Position numbers and translations under genes: made by a program. Positions 29,791 through 39,011 of a stretch of DNA of 64,000 bases are shown piece after piece. A model generated the notes under the pieces. It saw only the letters and a program-made list of their open reading frames with translations, did no database searches and was not told the DNA's origin. The stretch comes from Desulfomonilia bacterium (lineage in GTDB: Bacteria; Desulfobacterota; Desulfomonilia; UBA1062): positions 448,001-512,000 of the forward strand of contig CAXXDQ010000004.1 in assembly GCA_963664325.2 (NCBI GenBank), in the 5' to 3' direction. The number at the start of each line of letters is the position of its first letter. Positions within the stretch are counted from its first letter, which is position 1.

Positions 29791-31098
29791 ATGCAGAAAG
29801 AATATGACGTTATCGTCGCAGGATCAGGTCCCGGGGGCGCCACGGTCGCACGCGAAATGAGCAGGCGCAATAAAAAGGTCCTGCTGATTGAACGCGGAGG
29901 CAATTGGCAGGCGCTCGGAAACACCCTGTCCATCGCCATGATCATGCAATGGGTGCCGCTTATCTTCAGCAGGCAGGCCAATGTCGTTATGGCGGCTTCC
30001 AATTACGGCGGAGCGTCGGTCATCTCCTGCGGGGCCGCGGTTGCGCCGCCCAGAAAGATCTTCGATAAAGTGGGAATCGACCTTTCAGCCGAGGCCGCAG
30101 AGGCCAGGAGCGAGATGTGGATCAGCGCCCTGCCCGATGCATTGGTCGGCAAGACCAACATGCGCCTGCTTGAAGCGGCTAATGACCTGGGCTATCAATG
30201 GGCCAAGATCGAACGTTTCGTGGATTCGAACCGCTGCGTACCCGGCTGCGCCGACTGCATGCTCGGGTGCCCGCGCGGGGCGAAATGGTCTTCGCGCATC
30301 TTTGGCGACGACGCCCTCAGGCATGGGGCGGAGCTTATACTCAATACCCGAGTCAACAACATCATTAAAGAGAATGGCAAGGCCGTCGGGGTGGAGGCCA
30401 GCCGCCTGGGCCAAAAGGTAAAGTACTTCGGCAAGAAGATCGTATTGTCCGGCGGTGTATCAAATGTCGGCATCTTAAGACGCGCCGGCATCAGTGAAGC
30501 AGGCCGCAGCTTTGCCGTGGACTGGCTGCAGTTCATAGGCGGGGTCATCCCGGGAATGAACACTGTCCATGATCAGCCCATGGCGGTGGGCACCATGGAG
30601 CATTACGAATCCGACGGCATCATAATCCTGCCGGTATTCCCTAACTGGTCCATGCTGGCGGCCATGCTTTTGCTTAAAGGCCCGCAGGCCCTGCCGTGGT
30701 TCCGTAACGCCTGGAGAAGCAGCGGTATCATGGTCAAGATCCAGGACGAGCTCCGTGGCGAGATATTTCCAGACAACCTGCTCTATACATGCAGCAAGGA
30801 ACCGTCCGAGCGGGATAAGAAAAGGCTCAGAAAAGGTGCTGACATCGTCCGCAAGGTTCTGGTGAAGGCAGGCGCCCCTGAAGATTCAATAATGGAGCTC
30901 AACCCTTCCGGCGCCCACCCTTCGGCGGCCTGCCGCATCGGCGAGGTGGTGGATACCGACCTCAAGACCCGGATAGACAATCTGTACTGCTGTGATGCGA
31001 GCGTGGTTCCGGAATCGCTGGGCCTGCCGGTGGTCTGGACCGCCGTTTCGCTTGGCAAAAGGCTCGCAAAGCATCTCGATGAGCAACTGAATAATTGA
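29791..31098 (+). CDS. GMC family FAD-dependent oxidoreductase
   Basis: GSGPGG FAD motif, C..C..CMLGCP.GAK, AHP...CRIG, DAS..P..LG.P. Confidence 0.9.
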   Translation: MQKEYDVIVAGSGPGGATVAREMSRRNKKVLLIERGGNWQALGNTLSIAMIMQWVPLIFSRQANVVMAASNYGGASVISCGAAVAPPRKIFDKVGIDLSAEAAEARSEMWISALPDALVGKTNMRLLEAANDLGYQWAKIERFVDSNRCVPGCADCMLGCPRGAKWSSRIFGDDALRHGAELILNTRVNNIIKENGKAVGVEASRLGQKVKYFGKKIVLSGGVSNVGILRRAGISEAGRSFAVDWLQFIGGVIPGMNTVHDQPMAVGTMEHYESDGIIILPVFPNWSMLAAMLLLKGPQALPWFRNAWRSSGIMVKIQDELRGEIFPDNLLYTCSKEPSERDKKRLRKGADIVRKVLVKAGAPEDSIMELNPSGAHPSAACRIGEVVDTDLKTRIDNLYCCDASVVPESLGLPVVWTAVSLGKRLAKHLDEQLNN

Positions 31099-31166
31099 TT
31101 TGTTTTCAACGTAAAATAGTTCAGCGCCCCGGCATTTTCAGCCGGATCGCTGTCCCTGCCCTTTTA

Positions 31167-32051
31167 TCATGGACAGGAATAAAATCCGCCGTCGCTCTCA
31201 CCGAACCTGCGATAAACGACAACAGTGGGGTTATTGACACCTGAAAGCTTTTCAATGCCTTTCAAAGCGTTTTCATAATAACCGATCTCGTCGATCAGGT
31301 GGTGCTTGAGGGCAAAGTTCGCCGCCATTATCCTCCCGTCCCCCGCTATCTTCAAATCTTCTTCGGTCATGCCCGGGCGGTCCTTCTTAACCTTTGAGAT
31401 GAAATCGTCGAACATCTCTCCAACAATGGCCTTGTAAATCCCCTTGTCGTCTTCGGTCATATCCCGCATGGGCGTACCTGCGTCCTTGAATTTGCCTGAT
31501 GTTATCGACTGGTTGTGAACCCCGAGCATGTCCATCAACCCCTGGTAGCTTACCGAGGGCAGCAGAACCCCTATATTGCCGATCATTGACGTGGGCAGGG
31601 CGATAATCCTGTCGGACGACAACGCCGTCATATAGGCGCCGGATGTGCCGCTATTGACTATGCAGGAGACAACAGGAATTTTCTTCGCCTTCTTGAATTC
31701 GATGATTCGCCTGTAAAGAAGGTCGGACGCCGTAGCAGAACCCCCGGGGGAATCGATTTTTAAAATAACACCCTTTATGTCCTGATCTACAGACGCTACA
31801 CTCAGGATTTCATCCAGCCTTTCAAGTGTTCCTTCCTTTGTCATGAACATCTCTTTCGTATGCGTGTCTGTCAGGATCCCCAAAACCTCAACCACAAGAA
31901 CCTTGCTCTGGGAGCCTTTATACAAAACCTTTTCCTGCATCTTCGGAACCTTTATCAGGTTCGCAAGGTCGACCAACACAAATGCGCATCCGTTAAGGAC
32001 AAAGGCGGCAAGCATGAAAATTACGCATAAAACCATTTTTCTATTCTTCAT
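31167..32051 (-). CDS. sppA: signal peptide peptidase SppA (36 kDa type, S49), lipoprotein
   Basis: LKIDSPGG, SGAY, GNIGV, SGKFKD, DGRI, LIDEIG; lipobox LNGC. Confidence 0.9.
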   Translation of the reverse strand: MKNRKMVLCVIFMLAAFVLNGCAFVLVDLANLIKVPKMQEKVLYKGSQSKVLVVEVLGILTDTHTKEMFMTKEGTLERLDEILSVASVDQDIKGVILKIDSPGGSATASDLLYRRIIEFKKAKKIPVVSCIVNSGTSGAYMTALSSDRIIALPTSMIGNIGVLLPSVSYQGLMDMLGVHNQSITSGKFKDAGTPMRDMTEDDKGIYKAIVGEMFDDFISKVKKDRPGMTEEDLKIAGDGRIMAANFALKHHLIDEIGYYENALKGIEKLSGVNNPTVVVYRRFGESDGGFYSCP

Positions 32052-32117
32052 AAATTTTTCCTCCAAAGTATTTTTGTTTATTCGAGTAAAACTTTCTAAG
32101 ATCTCCTGACCTGCCCA

Positions 32118-34469
32118 TCAAAAAATAAATGATCTGGTTACCAGGACAGTATCAGTTCTGTTTTTCGGCAGAAATTCGCTAGCGAATGGCATTCGGTCGG
32201 CCGGGCGCATGTCATACCTGAATCCTGGAATCTGCGGCAGGCCGTATTCATAATTGCGGACAATAGCTCTTATCTTTCCAGTTGAAGCCGCTTCGATCCT
32301 CAAGTCAAAGCCCTGTGATGGTGGCACCCAGTATTGGAAAGTTCTGAAGTATCCATTCGTGCCCGGGTTAGCCAGATCGTTTTCAGGTGAAATTTGCTTT
32401 CCGCCCAGGTCTATGCGGGAAATCGGGCCGCTGGATTCTATTTCAACCTCCACCCAGGGCGCTTGCCCGGGCGAGGCAATATGCAATTGGATTATGCGCC
32501 TGTCCCCCGCGGTACGATCATCCAGCAGTTTAACTTGAGGCGCATTCAGATTCAGGGCCGGTGCAGGTGCAAAGAGAAGCTCCTTCGAATCCTGCGGGAA
32601 CAGTCCGGTCAACTTCCCGCGTTTGAATTGAGCACCCAGAAACTGGGACGTCCACACATCCGGTTGGGAATCCTCGCTGATCCAGAGCGCCTTGCCCGTG
32701 TCAGCGTTCAGGGCATAAAAGACCGAATCGGCCTGAGGGTTGGCGGCATCGGGTTTCGCGGTGATACTGCCGGCGATCAATGCCACCGCCGTGACCATTA
32801 TGGCAGTTACGGGCAAAGCCCACCGATAGCGACGCGCGAAAAGATCCAGGTGCGGGATAAATAGGCCGAGCATCAGGGCCATCAATATGACCGGGACAAT
32901 AATCATCTCTGTCCCCAAAGCAATGTACATTGCGTATATGGACCAGGAAAAGATAAGGAGCACCGGCAATGCGGATACTGCCAGCAGCCCGGCTCGACGC
33001 CATGAGGCGGACTCCGTCTCATAAAAGAGCCAGAGCAGGCCGAACCCTATAAGGCTGAATAGAAGAGGCCACTCAAGCCAGTATGACCCCCCCGGCATCA
33101 GCAGGCATATCATAACTGCCATTATCAACCACCAGAGCAGAGCTCCCAATGTAAGTTCAGCCAAACGGAAGTGTCGGCGAAGAAGGTTGTAAAATGAAGT
33201 TGTGATGGAAATGGTGAGTGTGACAAAGGCGAGCCAGTAGAAAAATCCGTTAGGAATATCAAGAACTGCTCCATACTGGGGGTAAATTCTGAGTAGTCCA
33301 TGCCAGATCAGCCAGACAATACAGGCGCTCATGAGCATATTAAGTAAAAATGCCAGGGTGCCCAAAAGCAGTTTGATCAGGCTAAGCTTTTTTTGCCGCC
33401 GGCCGAATACCGCCAGACCGAGAAAAATCAGAGCCCCCAGAACAGCCAGCGGAATCGCCCAGGATTCAGAATAGTTAATGAGTACCCGATTGAAAATGTC
33501 AAAATAGATGGGGTTGCTGTCCTTGCGCAGATCGGATAAATCCAGGTTTCCAAAGTGCCTGGTCAGGCTTATCGCGTAGGAACCCTGGTGCTGGATGCTT
33601 CCGTGGTCAAGATTGGCTGGATTTTCAGTCATGGTGTGATAGCGGAATTTGCCGCCGAGATGGGCAAAGTTGAATCCCTGAATCCCCGCTCTTTTAAAGG
33701 GTGTAAAATCACTTTCATTAGGCATTGACTTATGCACATCGTACATCATGGAACTGGCAGCAGGGTAAGGTACGGCTTTGGCATATTCAGAAATGAGCCT
33801 GGCGTTGCCGAGGCTCGTCTCGTATGTATAAACAATCCCCTTATCCCCCCCGGTATCAAAATTGAGCGCAAGGCCGACATCTTTCATCCATTGGTGCTGC
33901 TCTACGAAGGCTTGTGCTCCTAACAGCCCGACTTCTTCGCCATCGGTAAAGAGAAAAATCACATCATTTTTGACAGGAGGTCCAGCCTTGAGGGCACGTG
34001 CTGTCTCCAACAGGGTCGCCACCCCGGAGCCATCATCGCTGGCGCCTAATGCGGTGGCAACTGAGTCATAATGGCAGATCAGGAGGATAGCCTGGCTTCC
34101 CACTGTGCCGGCCAGCCGGGCGATAACGTTCTGCACCGTCCCGGCGACGATCATCCCGGGATAGACTGGTGATTGGGGATCAACGAATGTGGTTTCCTGG
34201 ATTTGCGGACTGAGCCCCAAAGCCTTCAACTCACTCATAATATAGTTTCGGGCCTGCAGGTGGGCGGCGGTGCCGACCGGATGCGGCTCAGTGGCAAAGG
34301 CCTCAACGTGCCGAAAGGCCCGCTCTGCCGAGAATTCCTCTGCCGGAATACTGGCTGGTAGGGGGCCAGGCGGCTGCTGCGATAGAAACATTATCAGCGA
34401 AGCAGCAAGAACGAGAAAAAGGAAGAGAAAAACCCCTGGCAATAGATCTCGAATTGATTTCATAATCAT
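32118..34469 (-). CDS. membrane-embedded M28 family metallopeptidase (ERMP1-like)
   Basis: HYDS, GASDDGSG, DGEEVGLLGA, SDF, YHT, followed by a multi-TM region. Confidence 0.9.
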   Translation of the reverse strand: MIMKSIRDLLPGVFLFLFLVLAASLIMFLSQQPPGPLPASIPAEEFSAERAFRHVEAFATEPHPVGTAAHLQARNYIMSELKALGLSPQIQETTFVDPQSPVYPGMIVAGTVQNVIARLAGTVGSQAILLICHYDSVATALGASDDGSGVATLLETARALKAGPPVKNDVIFLFTDGEEVGLLGAQAFVEQHQWMKDVGLALNFDTGGDKGIVYTYETSLGNARLISEYAKAVPYPAASSMMYDVHKSMPNESDFTPFKRAGIQGFNFAHLGGKFRYHTMTENPANLDHGSIQHQGSYAISLTRHFGNLDLSDLRKDSNPIYFDIFNRVLINYSESWAIPLAVLGALIFLGLAVFGRRQKKLSLIKLLLGTLAFLLNMLMSACIVWLIWHGLLRIYPQYGAVLDIPNGFFYWLAFVTLTISITTSFYNLLRRHFRLAELTLGALLWWLIMAVMICLLMPGGSYWLEWPLLFSLIGFGLLWLFYETESASWRRAGLLAVSALPVLLIFSWSIYAMYIALGTEMIIVPVILMALMLGLFIPHLDLFARRYRWALPVTAIMVTAVALIAGSITAKPDAANPQADSVFYALNADTGKALWISEDSQPDVWTSQFLGAQFKRGKLTGLFPQDSKELLFAPAPALNLNAPQVKLLDDRTAGDRRIIQLHIASPGQAPWVEVEIESSGPISRIDLGGKQISPENDLANPGTNGYFRTFQYWVPPSQGFDLRIEAASTGKIRAIVRNYEYGLPQIPGFRYDMRPADRMPFASEFLPKNRTDTVLVTRSFIF

Positions 34470-34507
34470 TGTTCTCCTGTTATTGGAATATGACTCTATG
34501 AGATTTC

Positions 34508-35068
34508 CTAAAGATATCGCCTCACATGATTGCAGTATTCAGCATATTGCCCGCCGAATACCTTTTGCAGATGCTGCTCCTCAGCCAGGACGATCCTGTG
34601 GTGCACTCTAACCACATATGCGCCGATGATTAGCAAAAGGGGGTTAAGAGTATATAAAACCGAGGCAAGCAAAGTCGCATACATACCCAGATACATCGGA
34701 TTCCGGCTGAACCTGAAAAGTCCGTCAACCTTCAGGTTCGTGCATTCTTTGGGCGATCCGATCCGGAAAGAGTCTCCGAGCCCGAGTCGCCCGATGAACA
34801 AAAATGCAAACCCGGAAACCCACAAACACAAGGACATCCATTTCAAAAATTCAGGGGTCTTCATAAACGAAAGGCTGATGCCCCAGCCATGAGCAACCAT
34901 GGCGGCCCACAGAAGAAGAATTGAATACTTGCTGCTGGAAAAATGAACTTTGTCGATTGGAGGATAGCCTCCCATATCGATATTTTTTTTCCGCAATACT
35001 TTCTCACCGGCGAAGAGGACAATCATGAATCCTAGCGGCAGCAGTGTTATTATTAATGCTTCAATCAT
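34508..35068 (-). CDS. isoprenylcysteine carboxyl methyltransferase (ICMT/PEMT) family protein
   Basis: L..DGLFRFSRNPMYLG, EE..L...FG..Y.EY...VRRY. Confidence 0.9.
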   Translation of the reverse strand: MIEALIITLLPLGFMIVLFAGEKVLRKKNIDMGGYPPIDKVHFSSSKYSILLLWAAMVAHGWGISLSFMKTPEFLKWMSLCLWVSGFAFLFIGRLGLGDSFRIGSPKECTNLKVDGLFRFSRNPMYLGMYATLLASVLYTLNPLLLIIGAYVVRVHHRIVLAEEQHLQKVFGGQYAEYCNHVRRYL

Positions 35069-35122
35069 CGATCAACCCTCGCTCTCATCAGTTCCTTATT
35101 CACCCTTGCGGCCCTGATGCGG

Positions 35123-35644
35123 CTAAAACCACGTCTTCGCACGGTATGTCAGGTAGGCCTGCCCATAAGCTGACAGAAGATCTTCTTCCTCGATGCGGCG
35201 CAGATAAAGGATGAAGCCTATGCACACCAGTGCTGCGATCAGGCTGGCGGCGGCGCCATAGAATATTATCCAGCCGAGTATCCAGAGTATGAAGCCTGCA
35301 TACATGGGATGGCGTATCCTGGAAAAAATTCCTCCGGTTACCAGATGGTCGATGTTCTCCACGCCCTTCAACTGGATTAAGCCGCCCAGGGCTATTCCCA
35401 GCCCGGTTATCAGCATGCCGAGGCCGGACAATTTTACGATAAGGGGAAGACCTGTGCGCCACGGGTCCAGGGGGCACATGAAGCACCAGCTCGACAGCAT
35501 CATGCACATGGCCAGAAATACAATGGCAACAGCAGCTTTATTATTCTGATTCACTCTGCCGCTTATTTTAAGCAGCTCATAGATTATGCGGACCGCCATG
35601 CCTGTCAGGCACATACCGAGATAAACAGGATAAGCTGTATTCAT
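35123..35644 (-). CDS. isoprenylcysteine carboxyl methyltransferase (ICMT/PEMT) family protein
   Basis: LVTGGIFSRIRHPMY, EEEDL...YG.AY..Y. Confidence 0.9.
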   Translation of the reverse strand: MNTAYPVYLGMCLTGMAVRIIYELLKISGRVNQNNKAAVAIVFLAMCMMLSSWCFMCPLDPWRTGLPLIVKLSGLGMLITGLGIALGGLIQLKGVENIDHLVTGGIFSRIRHPMYAGFILWILGWIIFYGAAASLIAALVCIGFILYLRRIEEEDLLSAYGQAYLTYRAKTWF

Positions 35645-35686
35645 TTTCCGATCCCTTCCTTTAAAATAGCACTGAAACGAAACTTC

Positions 35687-36094
35687 CTAGCGCCACACGG
35701 CCAGAATTGCGCCTGCAATGCTTAGAGCCGCCAAATGATTGCCGATGCGAATCATGAACAGTTTGAAGGGAATCTTTTCCCATATCAGCTCACCTGTTTC
35801 TAGTGTTACTACGAAGCCGATCCAGGTCATGACTCCAACAGCAATCCCTCCGGGAGCAGTTGTAACTTTTGCGAGATTGACTATCACGGCCAGCGTCAGG
35901 GCGATCAACTGATGGCCGATAAGGCCGGCGACAAGAAATTTACGGGCAGGCTTCAATTCCTGCCCTGTGAGTTCCGCCCAGGCCTTGCCAAAGAGCTTTG
36001 GCTGGAACCAGATCAGGCCTGTCACCATGTGGGCTATGCCTGCAGCCAGGACTGCCCAGAGATTGATATCCGACAACGCGGTTTTCAAAAACAT
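35687..36094 (-). CDS. DUF1761-like membrane protein
   Basis: INLWAVL.A...G.IW...LFGKAW pattern, 4 TM. Confidence 0.8.
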   Translation of the reverse strand: MFLKTALSDINLWAVLAAGIAHMVTGLIWFQPKLFGKAWAELTGQELKPARKFLVAGLIGHQLIALTLAVIVNLAKVTTAPGGIAVGVMTWIGFVVTLETGELIWEKIPFKLFMIRIGNHLAALSIAGAILAVWR

Positions 36095-36144
36095 TCTCCA
36101 CCCCCTAAGATATAACCTGACATATTATTCCTATAATCATTTTT

Positions 36145-36720
36145 TTATTTGCCGCTCTCAGGAAGCAGCGCCCAGAACCATCTGTGAAGTGACGCTGCTG
36201 CCGGCCGCAGTCCGTAGCTCATGATCACACCCAGAACCAGGCCCAGCACCGAATGCATCAGTAAAGCCCCGCCGTACCACTGAATCGTCTTTGATGCAGT
36301 CATCTTGAGCAGGATGGGTGCAGTCGCAAGAATCGGCTGACTCAGAATCTGCACATACAGGATTGCAAGAAATACGCTCTTCTTCGTTGTTGTCAGCCGC
36401 AGGGCCTTGACCTTTGTCACTGCCGCCCCGAAGAGAACGCCGACCGCAGGGCCGATCAGATAATGCGTAATCACACCCAGAGGAACTCCGCCTGTCATCT
36501 CAATCCCGTTTAAGGAAAATAATCTGGCTACCGTATCTCCGACAATCATGAAGCAGGTCAATGCCGGAAATCCCGCCACAGGCAGAGCTGCCATGAGAAG
36601 TATATCCATTGTCAGCGTACCCGCCAGGCCTGATGCAAAGCCCCACGCCAGACCTTTAGACAGGCTCGCCCGGACGGGATGGCCGGTATACAGCGAATCA
36701 TTCTTCATCGTCAGCTCCAT
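36145..36720 (-). CDS. hypothetical membrane protein
   Basis: 191-aa hydrophobic ORF, co-oriented within the operon. Confidence 0.65.
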   Translation of the reverse strand: MELTMKNDSLYTGHPVRASLSKGLAWGFASGLAGTLTMDILLMAALPVAGFPALTCFMIVGDTVARLFSLNGIEMTGGVPLGVITHYLIGPAVGVLFGAAVTKVKALRLTTTKKSVFLAILYVQILSQPILATAPILLKMTASKTIQWYGGALLMHSVLGLVLGVIMSYGLRPAAASLHRWFWALLPESGK

Positions 36721-36754
36721 GTTCTTCCCTTCCGATATTGTTTAATGAGGGCCC

Positions 36755-36925
36755 TCAGGCCCTCTCGCGGTTTGTGCTCAGCTTTTGTCTGTATATCCTC
36801 CAGCCCGGCCACCATTTTGCATGCCAGCGGTGGATACGGGCATAAACTGAATCGGGTTTTTCCATCGCCTTGCAGCGGATTGTGCATTCGGAACATTTGT
36901 GAAGATTCATCATTGTCTCGATCAT
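36755..36925 (-). CDS. small Cys/Trp-rich hypothetical protein (56 aa), absent from the ORF track
   Basis: AGAGGAGG RBS, then MIETMMNLHKCSECTIRCKAMEKPDSVYARIHRWHAKWWPGWRIYRQKLSTNRERA; fills the operon gap. Confidence 0.7.
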   Translation of the reverse strand: MIETMMNLHKCSECTIRCKAMEKPDSVYARIHRWHAKWWPGWRIYRQKLSTNRERA

Positions 36926-36940
36926 GGCATACCTCCTCTT

Positions 36941-37177
36941 TTAGCAGTTTACTTTCGTTGTCCCTGAGCAGCCATCCGGTTCCGAAAGGTATTCCCTTGC
37001 CCCAAGTGAGCCCAATATGATCAGTCCGACGCCGATCATGCCGATGCCCCAGCCTACGTCGGCCAGCACGGCAATTCCTGTCCAGACGAAGAAGGCCCCC
37101 CAGCCGATTGCGTCCAGACGCCTGTCGATTTTGTTTCTCCGGACTGCTTTCTGATCTTGATGATTTTTTTCAGTCAT
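36941..37177 (-). CDS. small membrane protein (2 TM)
   Basis: 78 aa, IGWGAFFVW.G...GIGMIGVG; overlaps the upstream gene. Confidence 0.7.
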   Translation of the reverse strand: MTEKNHQDQKAVRRNKIDRRLDAIGWGAFFVWTGIAVLADVGWGIGMIGVGLIILGSLGAREYLSEPDGCSGTTKVNC

Positions 37178-37364
37178 GGCTCTTCTCCTCTTTGGTTTCT
37201 TTTGTCTCTTCCCTGTTCCCGAAGCATTTCTCCATCATCGATTTCATGACGCCTTCGCAGTCAGGGCACCCTTTTTTACCCGTCAGCTTCTGCATCATCT
37301 CGGCGCATTGCGGGTCTTCCATGCAGGTGCTGAACATCTTCTGAAAATCCTTTTTGCCTTCCAT
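37170..37364 (-). CDS. small Met/Cys-rich hypothetical protein
   Basis: AAGGAGG RBS; 64 aa with 5 Cys including CPDC and many Met. Confidence 0.7.
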   Translation of the reverse strand: MEGKKDFQKMFSTCMEDPQCAEMMQKLTGKKGCPDCEGVMKSMMEKCFGNREETKETKEEKSHD

Positions 37365-37411
37365 TTTTATTTAAACCTCCTTGTTTTTTTGTTGAACCAT
37401 GCCATCAATAG

Positions 37412-37427
37412 AGCACGAGACGTGCCA
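37412..37427 (-). promoter_or_regulatory. sigma-54 (-24/-12) promoter
   Basis: Minus strand TGGCACG-TCTC-GTGCT matches TGGCACG-N4-TTGCW with correct GG/GC spacing, about 50 bp upstream of the first ATG of the 37364->32118 gene run. Confidence 0.7.
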
Positions 37428-37595
37428 CTCGAAAGACGCCATGAAAAAGCACATGCCGACACAGTTTAACTCACTGAAAATATGAAAATAATTTACTATA
37501 TGCCTTGATTGGATGGGTTTAAGAGAGACCTGAAACAGGTTACCGAAAGTAATAAGAAAACCTGCTAGATATTACCATTGGTAACATGGAATTTT

Positions 37596-37722
37596 ATTCC
37601 GCTTCGCATTCAAGCGGCATCTTTGTCGGCTGCGTCGGAATGCTCCTCGGAGTACGTAACTGAGTACACCTGCGTCGCTTCCTCCTGGTCTTCTCGATGT
37701 CATCTTGAATGCAAAGCGGAAT
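37596..37722. repeat. palindromic dispersed repeat family A
   Basis: Terminal IR ATTCCGCTTCGCATTCAAG / CTTGAATGCAAAGCGGAAT (18/19); core shared with the 16604 copy. Confidence 0.85.
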
Positions 37723-37828
37723 TACAAAGAACCGTATTCAACTATATTCGCCACGGCATCAAAGTATTGGCGAATCAACTTTCAGTGCATATCTGAAGTG
37801 AGAGCTAAAATTAAGATTTCTTCTGAGA

Positions 37829-37892
37829 AGATGACGACCCGGCTCACGGTAGCAGGTGTTACCTCTGCGTCCGTGTGCATGCGTTCTTTAAC
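37829..37892 (-). mobile_element. degenerate attC-like site
   Basis: Minus strand GTTAAAG-AACGC-ATGCACACGGAC...CCGTGAGCCGGGTC-GTCATCT overlapping the stop of 37888-38928; both core triplets mutated (AAC->AAG, GTT->GTC). Confidence 0.4.
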
Positions 37893-38928
37893 GTCTACCT
37901 GATGTGATTGCTACTATATTAACAACGGTACGAGTTGCTTCTGAGCATAAGGCTGCATCTTTATACGTTGCTGTTCGTTTGTGCTGGAGATTGTTTGCAA
38001 GAATTAATGATGCCTTTGCATGTCTTCGCAATGGTTCATTATCTGTTCCATGAAATTCAAAAGAGAAATAGGCTTCAAGCATCCTGTATGCATCAGTTTC
38101 ACTAGGTTGAATACCATCACTAGGCGTATGTTTTTCTGGATTGTATACAGCTTGTGCAAGCGAAATAAGGCATTCTCTGCAAAAAAGTCCCACAGCTTGA
38201 TATTCCTCTTCGTCCTTTTCATGGATAAGACCGTTGATTATTTTATCCACTGTCCTATCAACTTTTTCCCACCCAGTAGTTTCATGACTTGGATCAAATT
38301 TGTTGGGTGTAGGTGCTCCTGCAAGATGTTCAAGCATGGGTCGATAAATACTCCTTACGTAATCTCTTCGAGATTGGTAGGTTAGCAAGTCACCGCTACT
38401 CCAACGACCATACCAAGCCCAAAGGTCTTTAAAAGGATTAGGATCAGATTTGTTGATAGATTGAAGTTTATCAGAGATTAATTCCTGGCGATTCTTATAC
38501 TCATCATTCTTAACTTGTATTCTTGGTCCACCAGTTGCGACGGCAATCATTAGATCAATTTGGGCTTCTATCAGACGCTCAAGTTCTGTTTTATCAAATT
38601 CATTTCTGTCAACCAGTAATGAACGTGCTGCAAGATCATGGACTTTGAGTTGGGAAGGCAAAACTGCTTCAATAGCATTTTGTATTGCAGCAAATTCTTC
38701 TGTTGGTGTTTTCCAAAAACTAGATTGATCTTCAAATCTTGCTAAATCGGTGGCTCTGCTCCTTAGGGTTAGATTAAGTCCAAGTTCAGTAGAACCTGCA
38801 TATCTTTGTCCCGTTTCTCCCATCTCAAGTTTACAACGAGAAAGTAAATCGGCTTCCACATGTAAACCAAGCTCACGAAGATGGGCTATCGCACTTATTC
38901 TTATTGTTTCAGGATCAGGTACTTTCAT
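37888..38928 (-). CDS. hypothetical protein, possible Abi_C-like (abortive infection) C-terminal domain
   Basis: 346-aa AT-rich ORF; C-terminal helical region (W..VDR...AVGLFCRECLISLA...ANNLQH) resembles Abi_C/HEPN-like domains (recognition by eye). Confidence 0.55.
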   Translation of the reverse strand: MKVPDPETIRISAIAHLRELGLHVEADLLSRCKLEMGETGQRYAGSTELGLNLTLRSRATDLARFEDQSSFWKTPTEEFAAIQNAIEAVLPSQLKVHDLAARSLLVDRNEFDKTELERLIEAQIDLMIAVATGGPRIQVKNDEYKNRQELISDKLQSINKSDPNPFKDLWAWYGRWSSGDLLTYQSRRDYVRSIYRPMLEHLAGAPTPNKFDPSHETTGWEKVDRTVDKIINGLIHEKDEEEYQAVGLFCRECLISLAQAVYNPEKHTPSDGIQPSETDAYRMLEAYFSFEFHGTDNEPLRRHAKASLILANNLQHKRTATYKDAALCSEATRTVVNIVAITSGRR

Positions 38929-39011
38929 TATATCCTACACTGAAATCTCTGCGTGTCAGGCATGACACGTTTTGCTCGTTTTAGGTTGATTGATCATATT
39001 TGGTGTTTATT

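Noticed and set aside
36711-36896. 61-aa ORF in the track
   Set aside because: Wrong frame; the RBS-supported 56-aa ORF 36755-36925 is more plausible
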